Below, in pieces: positions 28,329-36,909 of a stretch of DNA of 64,000 nt. Positions within the stretch are counted from its first letter, which is position 1, and each line of letters opens with the position of its first letter. A model generated the notes under the pieces. It made no database searches and was not told where the DNA came from. It saw only the letters and a program-made list of their open reading frames with translations. The stretch lies in the NCBI GenBank assembly GCA_964363965.1, contig CAYIKH010000001.1, positions 727 through 64,726 on the forward strand, written 5' to 3'. A program made the position numbers and the translations under genes. The DNA comes from an uncultured Candidatus Saccharibacteria bacterium. Lineage in GTDB: Bacteria > Patescibacteriota > Minisyncoccia > Sungbacterales > SURF-37.

Positions 28329-29264
28329 ATGAAAAAGGTTCTTGTTGCTGGTGCAAGTGGTCTTATCGGCGGACATTTAGTGAAGCGGCTGCTCGCCGAT
28401 GGTCATCAGGTCCGCGCAGTTGGGCGCAGGTCGCTTCCGGAATGGCGGCAGTTGCATCCGGCGGCAGAAAACCTGCAGCTTGATTTACGCAAAAAAGAAA
28501 ACTGCTACCGCGCCGTTGAAGGGATGGATGAGGTGTATAATCTTGCCGCGGACATCGGTGGGGCGCGTTACATTGAGTCGAAAAAGGCTGAGCTTATGCT
28601 CTCCGTCCTCATCAATACCCATCTTCTCATGGCCGCTCGCGACCTCGGCGTCAAGCGCTACTTTTATTCTTCGGCCTATGCGGTTTCGGCCGCGGATCAC
28701 GAGCCGGCCGGCGTTCTTGGCGACGGCCACATCTGGGAAAAACTTTTTTCCGAGAAACTTTGCCAATATTTTCGCGAGGATTTTGGGATCCAGACCCGCG
28801 TGGCGCGGCTCCAGAATGTCTATGGTCCCTACGAAACGTACGGCGGGGACCGCGAGCGCGCGACTTCGGCCATGTGTCGCAAGGCTATCGAAGCCAGGCG
28901 TTCCGGCAATCATGAGTTTGAAATTTGGGGTGACGGAACTCAAGAGCGAAATTTTCTATATGTCGATGATGCGCTAGACGGTATTATAAAGCTTTTACCA
29001 AGCGACATCACCGAGCCGGTCGCGTTGGGGAGTTCGGAGTTCATCACCATTAACCAACTCGTGGATATTGTTGAAGGTATCGCCGGCATCAAGTTTGAAC
29101 GCCGCTATAATTTATCTGCTCCGGTAGGCACGCCTCGCCGCCCAGGCCCTCCGCCCGGCCATCCACGCCTTGATTGGCAGTCAAAAATATCGCTCCGCGA
29201 GGGCATGACGCGCCTCTATCGGTGGATGGAGCAGGATATGGAGCGAAAATTAGTAAAGGTATGA
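28329..29264 (+). CDS. NAD-dependent epimerase/dehydratase (extended SDR)
   Basis: VLVAGASGLIGGHLV; ...YSSAY... Confidence 0.7.
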   Translation: MKKVLVAGASGLIGGHLVKRLLADGHQVRAVGRRSLPEWRQLHPAAENLQLDLRKKENCYRAVEGMDEVYNLAADIGGARYIESKKAELMLSVLINTHLLMAARDLGVKRYFYSSAYAVSAADHEPAGVLGDGHIWEKLFSEKLCQYFREDFGIQTRVARLQNVYGPYETYGGDRERATSAMCRKAIEARRSGNHEFEIWGDGTQERNFLYVDDALDGIIKLLPSDITEPVALGSSEFITINQLVDIVEGIAGIKFERRYNLSAPVGTPRRPGPPPGHPRLDWQSKISLREGMTRLYRWMEQDMERKLVKV

Positions 29265-30292
29265 GGCTTGTCATCATCGGCACAACCATCAACGGTGAAA
29301 AGGGTTATTTGTCCTTGGATCGTCTTGCGGCCAAAAGCAAATTTCCCGATGTTACATTTGTCATTGCCGGAGACAAAAATTCTAAGCCTTTTGATACTTC
29401 CGGCTTCCAATGCCGGGTCGAGTATCTCGAGCCCAAAGATCAGGAGCGGTTCGAATCAAGCGTGCCTATCGGCTGGAAAACTCCGCGCCGCAGGCCAATT
29501 GCCTGGTTGCGGGCCATTGAGTTAAAGCCCGATGTTATTATCTCCGTTGATGATGACAATATCCCGCCCGATGATTACTTCGACACTTGGTATTCCGTTC
29601 TTACGAGTTCGGTCACTCAAACCGTCCTTCCGGTGCCAGGCGCCCGCGAGCCTGTTTGGCATAACTATCTCCGCTCCAGCGACGCGCCGATTGAGTTTTA
29701 TCCTCGCGGGTTTCCGATTCCTTTCCGCGGTCCTGCCAAGACCGTGATCGCGGCCGCCGCTAAGCCCATCCCGCAGCAGGAAATTGGTCTTTTCCAGGGA
29801 ATCTCCCTTGGCGATCCGGACATTGATTCTCTCACACGGATGGTTTATCCGAAGCGGATGCCGCTTAAAGCCATCAGCGAAAAGAACTACTGCCTCCGCG
29901 ATGTCTGGTCGCCGTATAATATGCAGAGCACCGCTTATCGGCCGATCCTATTTGGCCTGCCTATCCTCTGGCCGCATAATGGCCGCTTCGATGATATCTA
30001 CGCATCATTCGCGTTTCAAAAACTTCTTTTCAACAACCGGAAGTATGCATATGTGGGCGATCCCATCAATTTGCAGGATCGCGGGGTTCGTAATACTCTG
30101 AAACTCGATTTCCCGGAGGAAATCCACGGCCATCTTGGCTCGCACGAGGTCTGGTCGCGCCTCAATGAAATTGAGGAAACCGATTCGGCGCGTTTCCTCG
30201 AAAAGCTGATGGCCATTGATCACGAGCACATTCAACGTGATCTAGAGTTTTTCAAGGCGTTTCGCCAAGATATTTCAATGGTTCTGAAATAG
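29261..30292 (+). CDS. RGP/GT75-like protein (reversibly glycosylated polypeptide / UDP-arabinopyranose mutase-like)
   Basis: VIISVDDDNIPPDDYF, FYPRGFPIPFRG and GRFDDIYASFAFQ resemble the plant RGP/UAM DDDCF, FVRGYPFSLREG and GRYDDMWAGWC motifs. These are recalled from memory and were not searched. Confidence 0.4.
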   Translation: MRLVIIGTTINGEKGYLSLDRLAAKSKFPDVTFVIAGDKNSKPFDTSGFQCRVEYLEPKDQERFESSVPIGWKTPRRRPIAWLRAIELKPDVIISVDDDNIPPDDYFDTWYSVLTSSVTQTVLPVPGAREPVWHNYLRSSDAPIEFYPRGFPIPFRGPAKTVIAAAAKPIPQQEIGLFQGISLGDPDIDSLTRMVYPKRMPLKAISEKNYCLRDVWSPYNMQSTAYRPILFGLPILWPHNGRFDDIYASFAFQKLLFNNRKYAYVGDPINLQDRGVRNTLKLDFPEEIHGHLGSHEVWSRLNEIEETDSARFLEKLMAIDHEHIQRDLEFFKAFRQDISMVLK

Positions 30293-30293
30293 C

Positions 30294-31229
30294 ATGACAA
30301 AAGTTCTTGTTACCGGAGGAGCAGGATATCTCGGGTCAATTTTAACCGAGCATCTTTTGGATGCCGGATTTGACGTCATTGTCTTAGACAATCTGATGTA
30401 CGGGCAGGGGAATCTTGGTCATCTTGCTGCAAACCCACGCTTCGAATTTATTCGCGGCGATGGTCGGGACGAGCGTCTAATGAAAGAGCTTATCTCCAAA
30501 GCTGATGTCCTAATCCCGCTTGCGGCCATTGTCGGCGCTCCGGCCTGTGACCGCGATCCGTCGCTGGCCACGTCAGTGAACCTCGAGGCGATTCGGCTCG
30601 TAAATCGCCTCCGCAGCCCGAATCAGCTCGTTGTTTTTCCGAATACCAATAGCGGCTACGGAACGAAGTCCGGCGAGGTCTATTGCACCGAAGATACGTC
30701 ACTTGAGCCGATCACCCTTTATGGCCGGCTGAAAGTCGAGGCCGAAAAAGAGCTTTTGAGCTCGCTGAACACCGTCATACTTCGCCTGGCCACGGTCTTT
30801 GGCCTGTCCCCGCGAATGCGGCTTGATTTGCTGGTTAATGACTTTGTCTACAAGGCTGTCACCGACGGCTATCTCGTGATCTTTGAGAAGGATTTCAAGA
30901 GAAATTACATCCACATCCGCGACGTGGCCGACTGCTTCATCCACTCCATCAAGAACGCGCAAAAAATGGCTGGCCGGCCTTATAACGCCGGACTCGATGA
31001 CGCAAATCTTTCCAAAGAGGAACTTGCGCTCAAGGTCAAGGAATACGTTCCCAAGCTCTACATCCACTTTGCCGAGATCGGTAGCGATCCGGACAAGCGT
31101 AATTACATCGTTTCCAACGAGCGGCTGCGACAGGCCGGGTTTGAGGCCAAGCGCACGATTGACCAGGGCATTCAGGAGCTTATCAAAGGTTACAGAATGA
31201 TGGGCCGCCATCCGTTTAAGAATGTATGA
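30294..31229 (+). CDS. NAD-dependent epimerase/dehydratase (extended SDR)
   Basis: VLVTGGAGYLGSIL; YGRLK (Y-x3-K). Confidence 0.75.
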   Translation: MTKVLVTGGAGYLGSILTEHLLDAGFDVIVLDNLMYGQGNLGHLAANPRFEFIRGDGRDERLMKELISKADVLIPLAAIVGAPACDRDPSLATSVNLEAIRLVNRLRSPNQLVVFPNTNSGYGTKSGEVYCTEDTSLEPITLYGRLKVEAEKELLSSLNTVILRLATVFGLSPRMRLDLLVNDFVYKAVTDGYLVIFEKDFKRNYIHIRDVADCFIHSIKNAQKMAGRPYNAGLDDANLSKEELALKVKEYVPKLYIHFAEIGSDPDKRNYIVSNERLRQAGFEAKRTIDQGIQELIKGYRMMGRHPFKNV

Positions 31230-31948
31230 CCGAGCCGGCTCGACACGGCCTTTCCGGAATCACGGCGGCAATTCTTGCCGGCGGACTCGGAACTCGCCTG
31301 CGTTCGGTCCTTGCCGACAAGCCAAAGGTCTTGGCCGAAATCTACGGTCGACCGTTTCTTAGCTATCTTTTGGACCAGCTCAACGATGCGGGAGTGAGGC
31401 GGGTCGTTCTCCTGATTGGCTACCGCGGCGATGAGATACGAAACGTGTTCGGTGATTATTACAAGAATCTTAAGATTCGTTATTCCGAAGAGTCCTCACC
31501 CCTTGGCACTGGCGGCGCAGTGCGCTTGGCTTTGCCGATACTCGACTCTGATCCGGCGTTTATCATGAACGGCGATTCCTTCTGCGATGCGGATATCATG
31601 ACATTTTATGCTTGGCATTGCGCCAAAGACCGCTCCGGCTCTCTCCTGCTTGCTGAAGTTACTGATTCATCACGTTACGGCCGGGTGGCGCTCGATGCAG
31701 CTGGCGTCGTGCTGCGCTTTGAGGAAAAGGGCGGGCATGCCGGCCCCGGATTGATTAACGCCGGTGCTTATCTCCTCAGCCGCCGCGTGCTCGAATCCAT
31801 ACCCGAAGGGCGAGCGGTTTCGATTGAGCATGAGGTTTTTCCAAGTTGGATCGGACAAGGCCTTTACGGCTATCAAACGAGCGGCCGATTCATTGACATC
31901 GGCACGCCGGAGTCGTACGCCGAGGGCCTAAAATTCTTTGCAAGGTGA
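31226..31948 (+). CDS. hddC: Sugar-1-phosphate nucleotidyltransferase (HddC-like, D-glycero-D-manno-heptose-1-P guanylyltransferase candidate)
   Basis: AAILAGGLGTRLRSV..DKPK is the nucleotidyltransferase motif. The ~240-aa size fits, and it sits just before hddA/gmhB/gmhA. Confidence 0.6.
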   Translation: MTEPARHGLSGITAAILAGGLGTRLRSVLADKPKVLAEIYGRPFLSYLLDQLNDAGVRRVVLLIGYRGDEIRNVFGDYYKNLKIRYSEESSPLGTGGAVRLALPILDSDPAFIMNGDSFCDADIMTFYAWHCAKDRSGSLLLAEVTDSSRYGRVALDAAGVVLRFEEKGGHAGPGLINAGAYLLSRRVLESIPEGRAVSIEHEVFPSWIGQGLYGYQTSGRFIDIGTPESYAEGLKFFAR

Positions 31949-32046
31949 GAGGTCTTAGCTGGTGAGCGATTAGTCGGCCGATGACCGAAACCTATTCTTG
32001 TGAGGTATTTCTATCTGGATATGCATCGGCAACATTCGAACTCAAC

Positions 32047-33051
32047 ATGGTAATTTCCAAAACCCCGTGGCGAATATCGTTTTTCGGCGGCGGCACGGAT
32101 TTGCCGGCCTGGTACCGCGAGCACGGCGGAGCGGTTTTGAGCACCACCATTGATAAATACGGCTACATCACCTGTCGCTTCTTGCCGCCTTTTTTTGAGC
32201 ATAAAAACCTTGTTGTTTGGTCGCATATCGAGAAGACAAAAAGCGTGGATGAGATTCTTCATCCTTCGGTGCGCGAAACCCTGAAGTTCCTTAATTTTCA
32301 CGATGGCTTGGGCATACACTTTGACGGCGATCTTCCGGCGCGCACCGGTCTAGGCTCAAGCTCGTCTTTTACCGTTGGCCTTTTGAATGCTCTTTATGCC
32401 TTGCGTGGGCAGGAGACAACTAAAAAACAGCTTGCGCTTGATGCCATTCACATCGAGCAGAATCTCATTCGGGAAAACGTCGGCTCGCAGGATCAGGTGG
32501 CCGCCGCTTTCGGAGGGCTAAACCGCATCACCTTTGATAAAAGCGGGGAGATTGATGTTACTCCGATTCCAATCAAGCCCGAGCGGCTCGAAGAACTTCA
32601 AAATCATCTTATGCTTGTTTTCACCGGACTCTTGCGCAGTGCTTCGAGCGTCGAGGGCGAAAAAATCCAAAATATGTCCCAACGGGTTCGCGAATTTACT
32701 GCGATGCACGAGATGGTGGGTGAGGCGTTTGGTATCCTTACTGACGAGCGCGACCGACTTCATGATTTCGGCAAACTGCTTCACGAGATGTGGCAGCTTA
32801 AACGGACTTTGGCTTCATCTGTCGCCAATGACCACATTGACGGAATATACGAAGAGGCGCGGCAAACCGGCGCCATCGGTGGCAAGCTTTTGGGTGCTGG
32901 CGGAGGCGGATTCATGCTTTTATTCGCACCGCCTGAAGTTCAACCCAAAATCCGCGAGCGATTAAAGGGTTTGATGCAGGTTCCATTTCGTTTTGAATCC
33001 CAAGGCAGCCATATCATCCATCAAACCCCGCACTCGCCTTATCTGGTATAA
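32047..33051 (+). CDS. hddA: GHMP kinase, D-glycero-D-manno-heptose 7-phosphate kinase-like
   Basis: KTPWRISFFGGGTDLP, and the GHMP motif PARTGLGSSSSFTVG. Confidence 0.7.
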   Translation: MVISKTPWRISFFGGGTDLPAWYREHGGAVLSTTIDKYGYITCRFLPPFFEHKNLVVWSHIEKTKSVDEILHPSVRETLKFLNFHDGLGIHFDGDLPARTGLGSSSSFTVGLLNALYALRGQETTKKQLALDAIHIEQNLIRENVGSQDQVAAAFGGLNRITFDKSGEIDVTPIPIKPERLEELQNHLMLVFTGLLRSASSVEGEKIQNMSQRVREFTAMHEMVGEAFGILTDERDRLHDFGKLLHEMWQLKRTLASSVANDHIDGIYEEARQTGAIGGKLLGAGGGGFMLLFAPPEVQPKIRERLKGLMQVPFRFESQGSHIIHQTPHSPYLV

Positions 33052-33064
33052 GTTTAAGTAGACC

Positions 33065-33634
33065 ATGTCAAAACGCCGTTTTGTGATTTTGGACCGCGAC
33101 GGCACGATTATTGAAGGCGTGCAGCCTTATGTTTTGCATCCGGATCAGGTGGCACTTTTGCCGGGCGCGGCTCGGACGCTCCGAGAACTAAAATCTCAAG
33201 GTTTTGGGCTTATAGTAGTTACCAATCAGTCTGCAGTTGGCCGTGGCCTGATCGATTCCAGCCGCCTCGAGGAGATTCATCAGCGTTTCATCGGGCTCCT
33301 GGCTAGGGAAGGAGTTGAACTCGACGGTATTTATGTATGTACTCATCATCCCGATGACAAGTGTGTCTGTCGTAAGCCGCTACCCGGTCTCGTTGATCAG
33401 GCGGTGAGTGAGCACGGTTTTGACCTGAAGCAATCATTTCTGATCGGCGATGATGCCAAAGATATCGAACTTGGGCATGCAATCGGCGCCACGACATTTC
33501 TCGTTCGTACTGGACACGGCGAGTCTTTTTTAGCTGGGGGTCTTGGGATACAACCGCATCACGTCGTAGCCGACTTACCTTCGGCCGCAAGCGTGATTCA
33601 TACCTTAACCGTTGACCGGTCAAATGCGGCGTGA
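33065..33634 (+). CDS. gmhB: D,D-heptose 1,7-bisphosphate phosphatase (HAD family)
   Basis: FVILDRDGTI (DxDGT), VVTNQSAVGRG, and the CTHHPDDKCVCRKP Zn-binding loop typical of GmhB. Confidence 0.75.
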   Translation: MSKRRFVILDRDGTIIEGVQPYVLHPDQVALLPGAARTLRELKSQGFGLIVVTNQSAVGRGLIDSSRLEEIHQRFIGLLAREGVELDGIYVCTHHPDDKCVCRKPLPGLVDQAVSEHGFDLKQSFLIGDDAKDIELGHAIGATTFLVRTGHGESFLAGGLGIQPHHVVADLPSAASVIHTLTVDRSNAA

Positions 33635-34356
33635 AATCAATGGAAAAGAATAACGATTTTCTTCACAATATAGTGCGCTCGCATCTTGTCGAAAGCGCGC
33701 TCGTAAAACGGCGTCTCCTCGGAGCGACTGGCGGTTTTGATTATTCTAAGGTTCAAGTTGTTAGTGCCGGTCTTTCCATGCCGCAATACTCGAGTGATGT
33801 CGTGTCCGGGAGCGATGCGGTTGATGCGGTAGTGCAGGCAGTCTCGACCATTGCTGCCTCTTTTCGGAACGGCGGCAAGCTGATGCTCTGCGGAAATGGC
33901 GGGAGCGCTGCGGATTGCCAGCACATGGCTGCGGAGTTTACAAACATTCTTGAGCGCTCGTTCGACCGCGGGCCACTCCCCGCCATATCGCTCACTACCG
34001 ATACGTCGTTTCTCACTTCGTTCATAAACGATTCGCGGCTGTTCGCCCAGATTTTCTCGCGTCAGGTGGAGGCGCTCGGCCGGAAGGGGGACGTTCTCAT
34101 CGGCATCTCAACGAGCGGCGGCTCCGAGAACGTAATTCGCGCTGTCAGGAAGGCCCAAGAGATGGGCATGGCAACGATTGCCTTCACCGGAGAGGGCGGG
34201 CCGCTTGCTGAAGTCGCGGACATCGCGATTCGGGTGCCGAGCGCGCGGACAAGCCATATCCAGGAGGCGCATCTGGCTATTGAACATGCCATCTGTGATG
34301 CCGTGGAGCATCTTATGTTTCCGGAGAAAGGTTCGGCATTAAGGGAGGCAGTGTAA
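33631..34356 (+). CDS. gmhA: Phosphoheptose (sedoheptulose-7-phosphate) isomerase, SIS domain
   Basis: LCGNGGSAADCQHMAAEF and GISTSGGSENV. Confidence 0.75.
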   Translation: MKSMEKNNDFLHNIVRSHLVESALVKRRLLGATGGFDYSKVQVVSAGLSMPQYSSDVVSGSDAVDAVVQAVSTIAASFRNGGKLMLCGNGGSAADCQHMAAEFTNILERSFDRGPLPAISLTTDTSFLTSFINDSRLFAQIFSRQVEALGRKGDVLIGISTSGGSENVIRAVRKAQEMGMATIAFTGEGGPLAEVADIAIRVPSARTSHIQEAHLAIEHAICDAVEHLMFPEKGSALREAV

Positions 34357-34373
34357 ATTCAACCTGATTTTTC

Positions 34374-35231
34374 ATGAACATTACCGTTGTTGGCGGAAAG
34401 GGTTTTATCGGCAAGCCGCTTGTGGCCGAACTTAGCAAGCGTCATCGCGTCGAGACTTGGGATCTTCCGGAAGTTGATCTCCGCGATCCGGCCGCAATTG
34501 CCAAACGACTTGAAGAGAGGAGGCCAGATATGGTGGTCAATTTAGCTGCAGTGCTGGGAACGATGTATTCTAAAAACATCCAGGAGATTTTTGCGACAAA
34601 TGTTGTTGGGAATATAAATCTTGTAGAGGCCTGTCTCGCGCATGGGATAAAAAGATTCGTATTTGCAAGTTCCTTGACTGTGCACGGTCCGAACGAAATA
34701 GGAAAACATCATACGTCGCACTCACCCTTTAATCCTATCCAGGCCTATGCCGCCAGCAAAGCCGCTGCGGAATACAGTCTAATGCAATATTCGAAACATA
34801 ACGGTGTGACGACCGTGGTATTGCGGCCTGCAAGTGTACTGGGGGAGGGCACGCCAATGAATCATGCGCCTAGTGATTTTGTAAAAACACTACTTCGCGG
34901 CGATTCGATTGAGCTTTTTGGCGGAGGGGAACATGAAAGAGAGTGGCTATGGATTGATGATGTTGTATCTGGGTTTTGCAAGGCGGTAGATTTTTGCGCC
35001 AAAGCTCCAGCTGGCTACCACCCGTTTTTTATTTCCGCAAACCGCATCTCAATGAAGGATCTTGCCGAAAGATGCGTTAGCTTTATTGGTGGTTCAGTAA
35101 AAGTCGCTGCTGGTACTGCTCAAGCTTTTTCGTTGACATGCGATGCATCAGATACCCAAAAAATACTTGGTTGGAGAGTCGAGTATACTATAGACGATAT
35201 CATTCAAAACCTGATTAAAATTTTTAAATAG
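34374..35231 (+). CDS. NAD-dependent epimerase/dehydratase (extended SDR)
   Basis: ITVVGGKGFIGKPL; YAASKAAAE (Y-x3-K). Confidence 0.7.
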   Translation: MNITVVGGKGFIGKPLVAELSKRHRVETWDLPEVDLRDPAAIAKRLEERRPDMVVNLAAVLGTMYSKNIQEIFATNVVGNINLVEACLAHGIKRFVFASSLTVHGPNEIGKHHTSHSPFNPIQAYAASKAAAEYSLMQYSKHNGVTTVVLRPASVLGEGTPMNHAPSDFVKTLLRGDSIELFGGGEHEREWLWIDDVVSGFCKAVDFCAKAPAGYHPFFISANRISMKDLAERCVSFIGGSVKVAAGTAQAFSLTCDASDTQKILGWRVEYTIDDIIQNLIKIFK

Positions 35232-35247
35232 ATCGTGAGACCCTCTT

Positions 35248-35763
35248 ATGGTAAAAGTTTCTAAAACAAAACTCCCCGGCCTGCTCCTGATTCAGCTTGA
35301 CGCCTTTCGCGACCATCGCGGGGTGTATGTCGGGACCTATGACGAGGCGCGCTACCGCAAGCTCGGCATCCGGGTGAAGTTCGTGGAGGACGATTATTCG
35401 CGCTCGCGCCGGCGGGTGCTCCGCGGCATCCACGCCGATTCCAAATCGTGGAAACTCATTTCCTGCCCGCTTGGTAGAATTCTCGTTGTCATCGTCAATT
35501 GCAACCGCCGATCGCGGCGTTTCGGCCGATGGCAGGCCTTTGAACTTTCGGAGAAGAACTGCCGCCAGCTCCTCGTTCCCCCCAAGCACGGCGTAGTGCA
35601 TCTTGTCCTCTCTCGCCAGGCCATGTTCAGTTACAAGCAGTCCGAGTATTACGATCCCAAGCGCCAAGCCACGTATCGCTGGGACGATCCCGCCTTCAAG
35701 ATCCGCTGGCCGGTGCGAAACCCCATTCTCTCGAAGCGTGATCGGCTCGGTCACTACGTGTAG
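35248..35763 (+). CDS. NDP-4-keto-6-deoxy sugar 3,5-epimerase, RfbC-like cupin
   Basis: The dTDP-4-dehydrorhamnose 3,5-epimerase fold is recognisable from RGIHAD...KLISCPLGRILVV...YDP. In this context it may act on GDP-heptose intermediates. Confidence 0.7.
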   Translation: MVKVSKTKLPGLLLIQLDAFRDHRGVYVGTYDEARYRKLGIRVKFVEDDYSRSRRRVLRGIHADSKSWKLISCPLGRILVVIVNCNRRSRRFGRWQAFELSEKNCRQLLVPPKHGVVHLVLSRQAMFSYKQSEYYDPKRQATYRWDDPAFKIRWPVRNPILSKRDRLGHYV

Positions 35764-35784
35764 CTTGCGCGAGAGTGTATTTCC

Positions 35785-36909
35785 ATGAAAATCAAAAGAC
35801 TCCTCGTGGTCCCGTGCGACACGCTGGTACAAGGAAAGGAGGTTGCCAGGCGAACCTCCTTTTTTGGCGAGGCGGCCTCGTTCTTGGCTATCAAGCTTGG
35901 CCGGAGCGGCTTTAGCTATGACGGCGAGATACAGTTTTACGGCGATTTTCCGGCTCTGCTCGGCAAAGAACACGTGTTTGTCTACGGACGATTCCATCCC
36001 CATCTTTATGTGAAGCACGTTCCAAAAAACTGCCCTTACCCCTCCTGCCACGGCCTGCCGAAAGGGACGGCGATAGGATCAAAGGATCTTAGTGCGGTCA
36101 TGAGCCAGGTGGATGCGGTGTTTGTTTCCTTGCGCGGCGGCGAGAGGGCCCAGGAGGTGCTCGCCGAGGCTGGGCGGCGCGGCATTCCCAGAGCGCTCTT
36201 TGATTTTGAGGATTATCCGGAAATCTACGGCCGGGCGCTTGCCGCAAAAGAACTCACGGCTGGCTATGCGCACGGCAAGGACTTTGAGCTTTATTTCAAG
36301 AAAGAATTGCCGCTCGGCTTTCGCACGGATACCATCTTGCCGCTTGCGCCAAGTCCGGTGCGGCCCGAATCTTATCGCTTTCCGAACGCTAACAAGCGTC
36401 ATGCTATTTTTTATAGCGGCCGTTCGCGTCCGGGCTGTCAGGCGGATCGCGAGGAGGCTGTGGCGCTTCTCGGGAAGTTTCCCGGCGGCGAATTTATTGA
36501 CCACGATCGGCGGCGCCGGAGCTTTTTGACCACGCATGAATACTGGCGGCATCTTGCCGAAAGCCGCATGGCTCTTTCGCCGTCCGGCAAGTCCTGGGAT
36601 TCTTACCGGCACTGCGAGGTCGGGCTTGCTCCGCAAACTCTCCTCATTGCGCCCAAACCCTTCATCGAAACTGCTGGTCCGCAGCTTATAGATGGCCGAA
36701 ATGCAATTCTCTACGACACCGAGTTTCGCGACGGGAAATATCATCTTAAAGACGCCGGCGCGCTTGCCGATGCGGTCCGTTATTATCTCAGCCACGACGA
36801 CGAGAGGAAAAAAATTGCCGATGCGTGGCAGCGCGATGTCCTTTCGGGACATACGGTATTAGGCCGCTCGTGCTATATACTCGAGAGTATGGAGCGAGCC
36901 TTCTCATGA
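35785..36909 (+). CDS. Hypothetical protein, possible GT-B-like glycosyltransferase
   Basis: 374 aa. The C-terminal region (RMALSPSGKSWDSYRHCEVGLAPQTLLIAP) is reminiscent of GT-B donor-binding domains. No firm assignment. Confidence 0.3.
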   Translation: MKIKRLLVVPCDTLVQGKEVARRTSFFGEAASFLAIKLGRSGFSYDGEIQFYGDFPALLGKEHVFVYGRFHPHLYVKHVPKNCPYPSCHGLPKGTAIGSKDLSAVMSQVDAVFVSLRGGERAQEVLAEAGRRGIPRALFDFEDYPEIYGRALAAKELTAGYAHGKDFELYFKKELPLGFRTDTILPLAPSPVRPESYRFPNANKRHAIFYSGRSRPGCQADREEAVALLGKFPGGEFIDHDRRRRSFLTTHEYWRHLAESRMALSPSGKSWDSYRHCEVGLAPQTLLIAPKPFIETAGPQLIDGRNAILYDTEFRDGKYHLKDAGALADAVRYYLSHDDERKKIADAWQRDVLSGHTVLGRSCYILESMERAFS

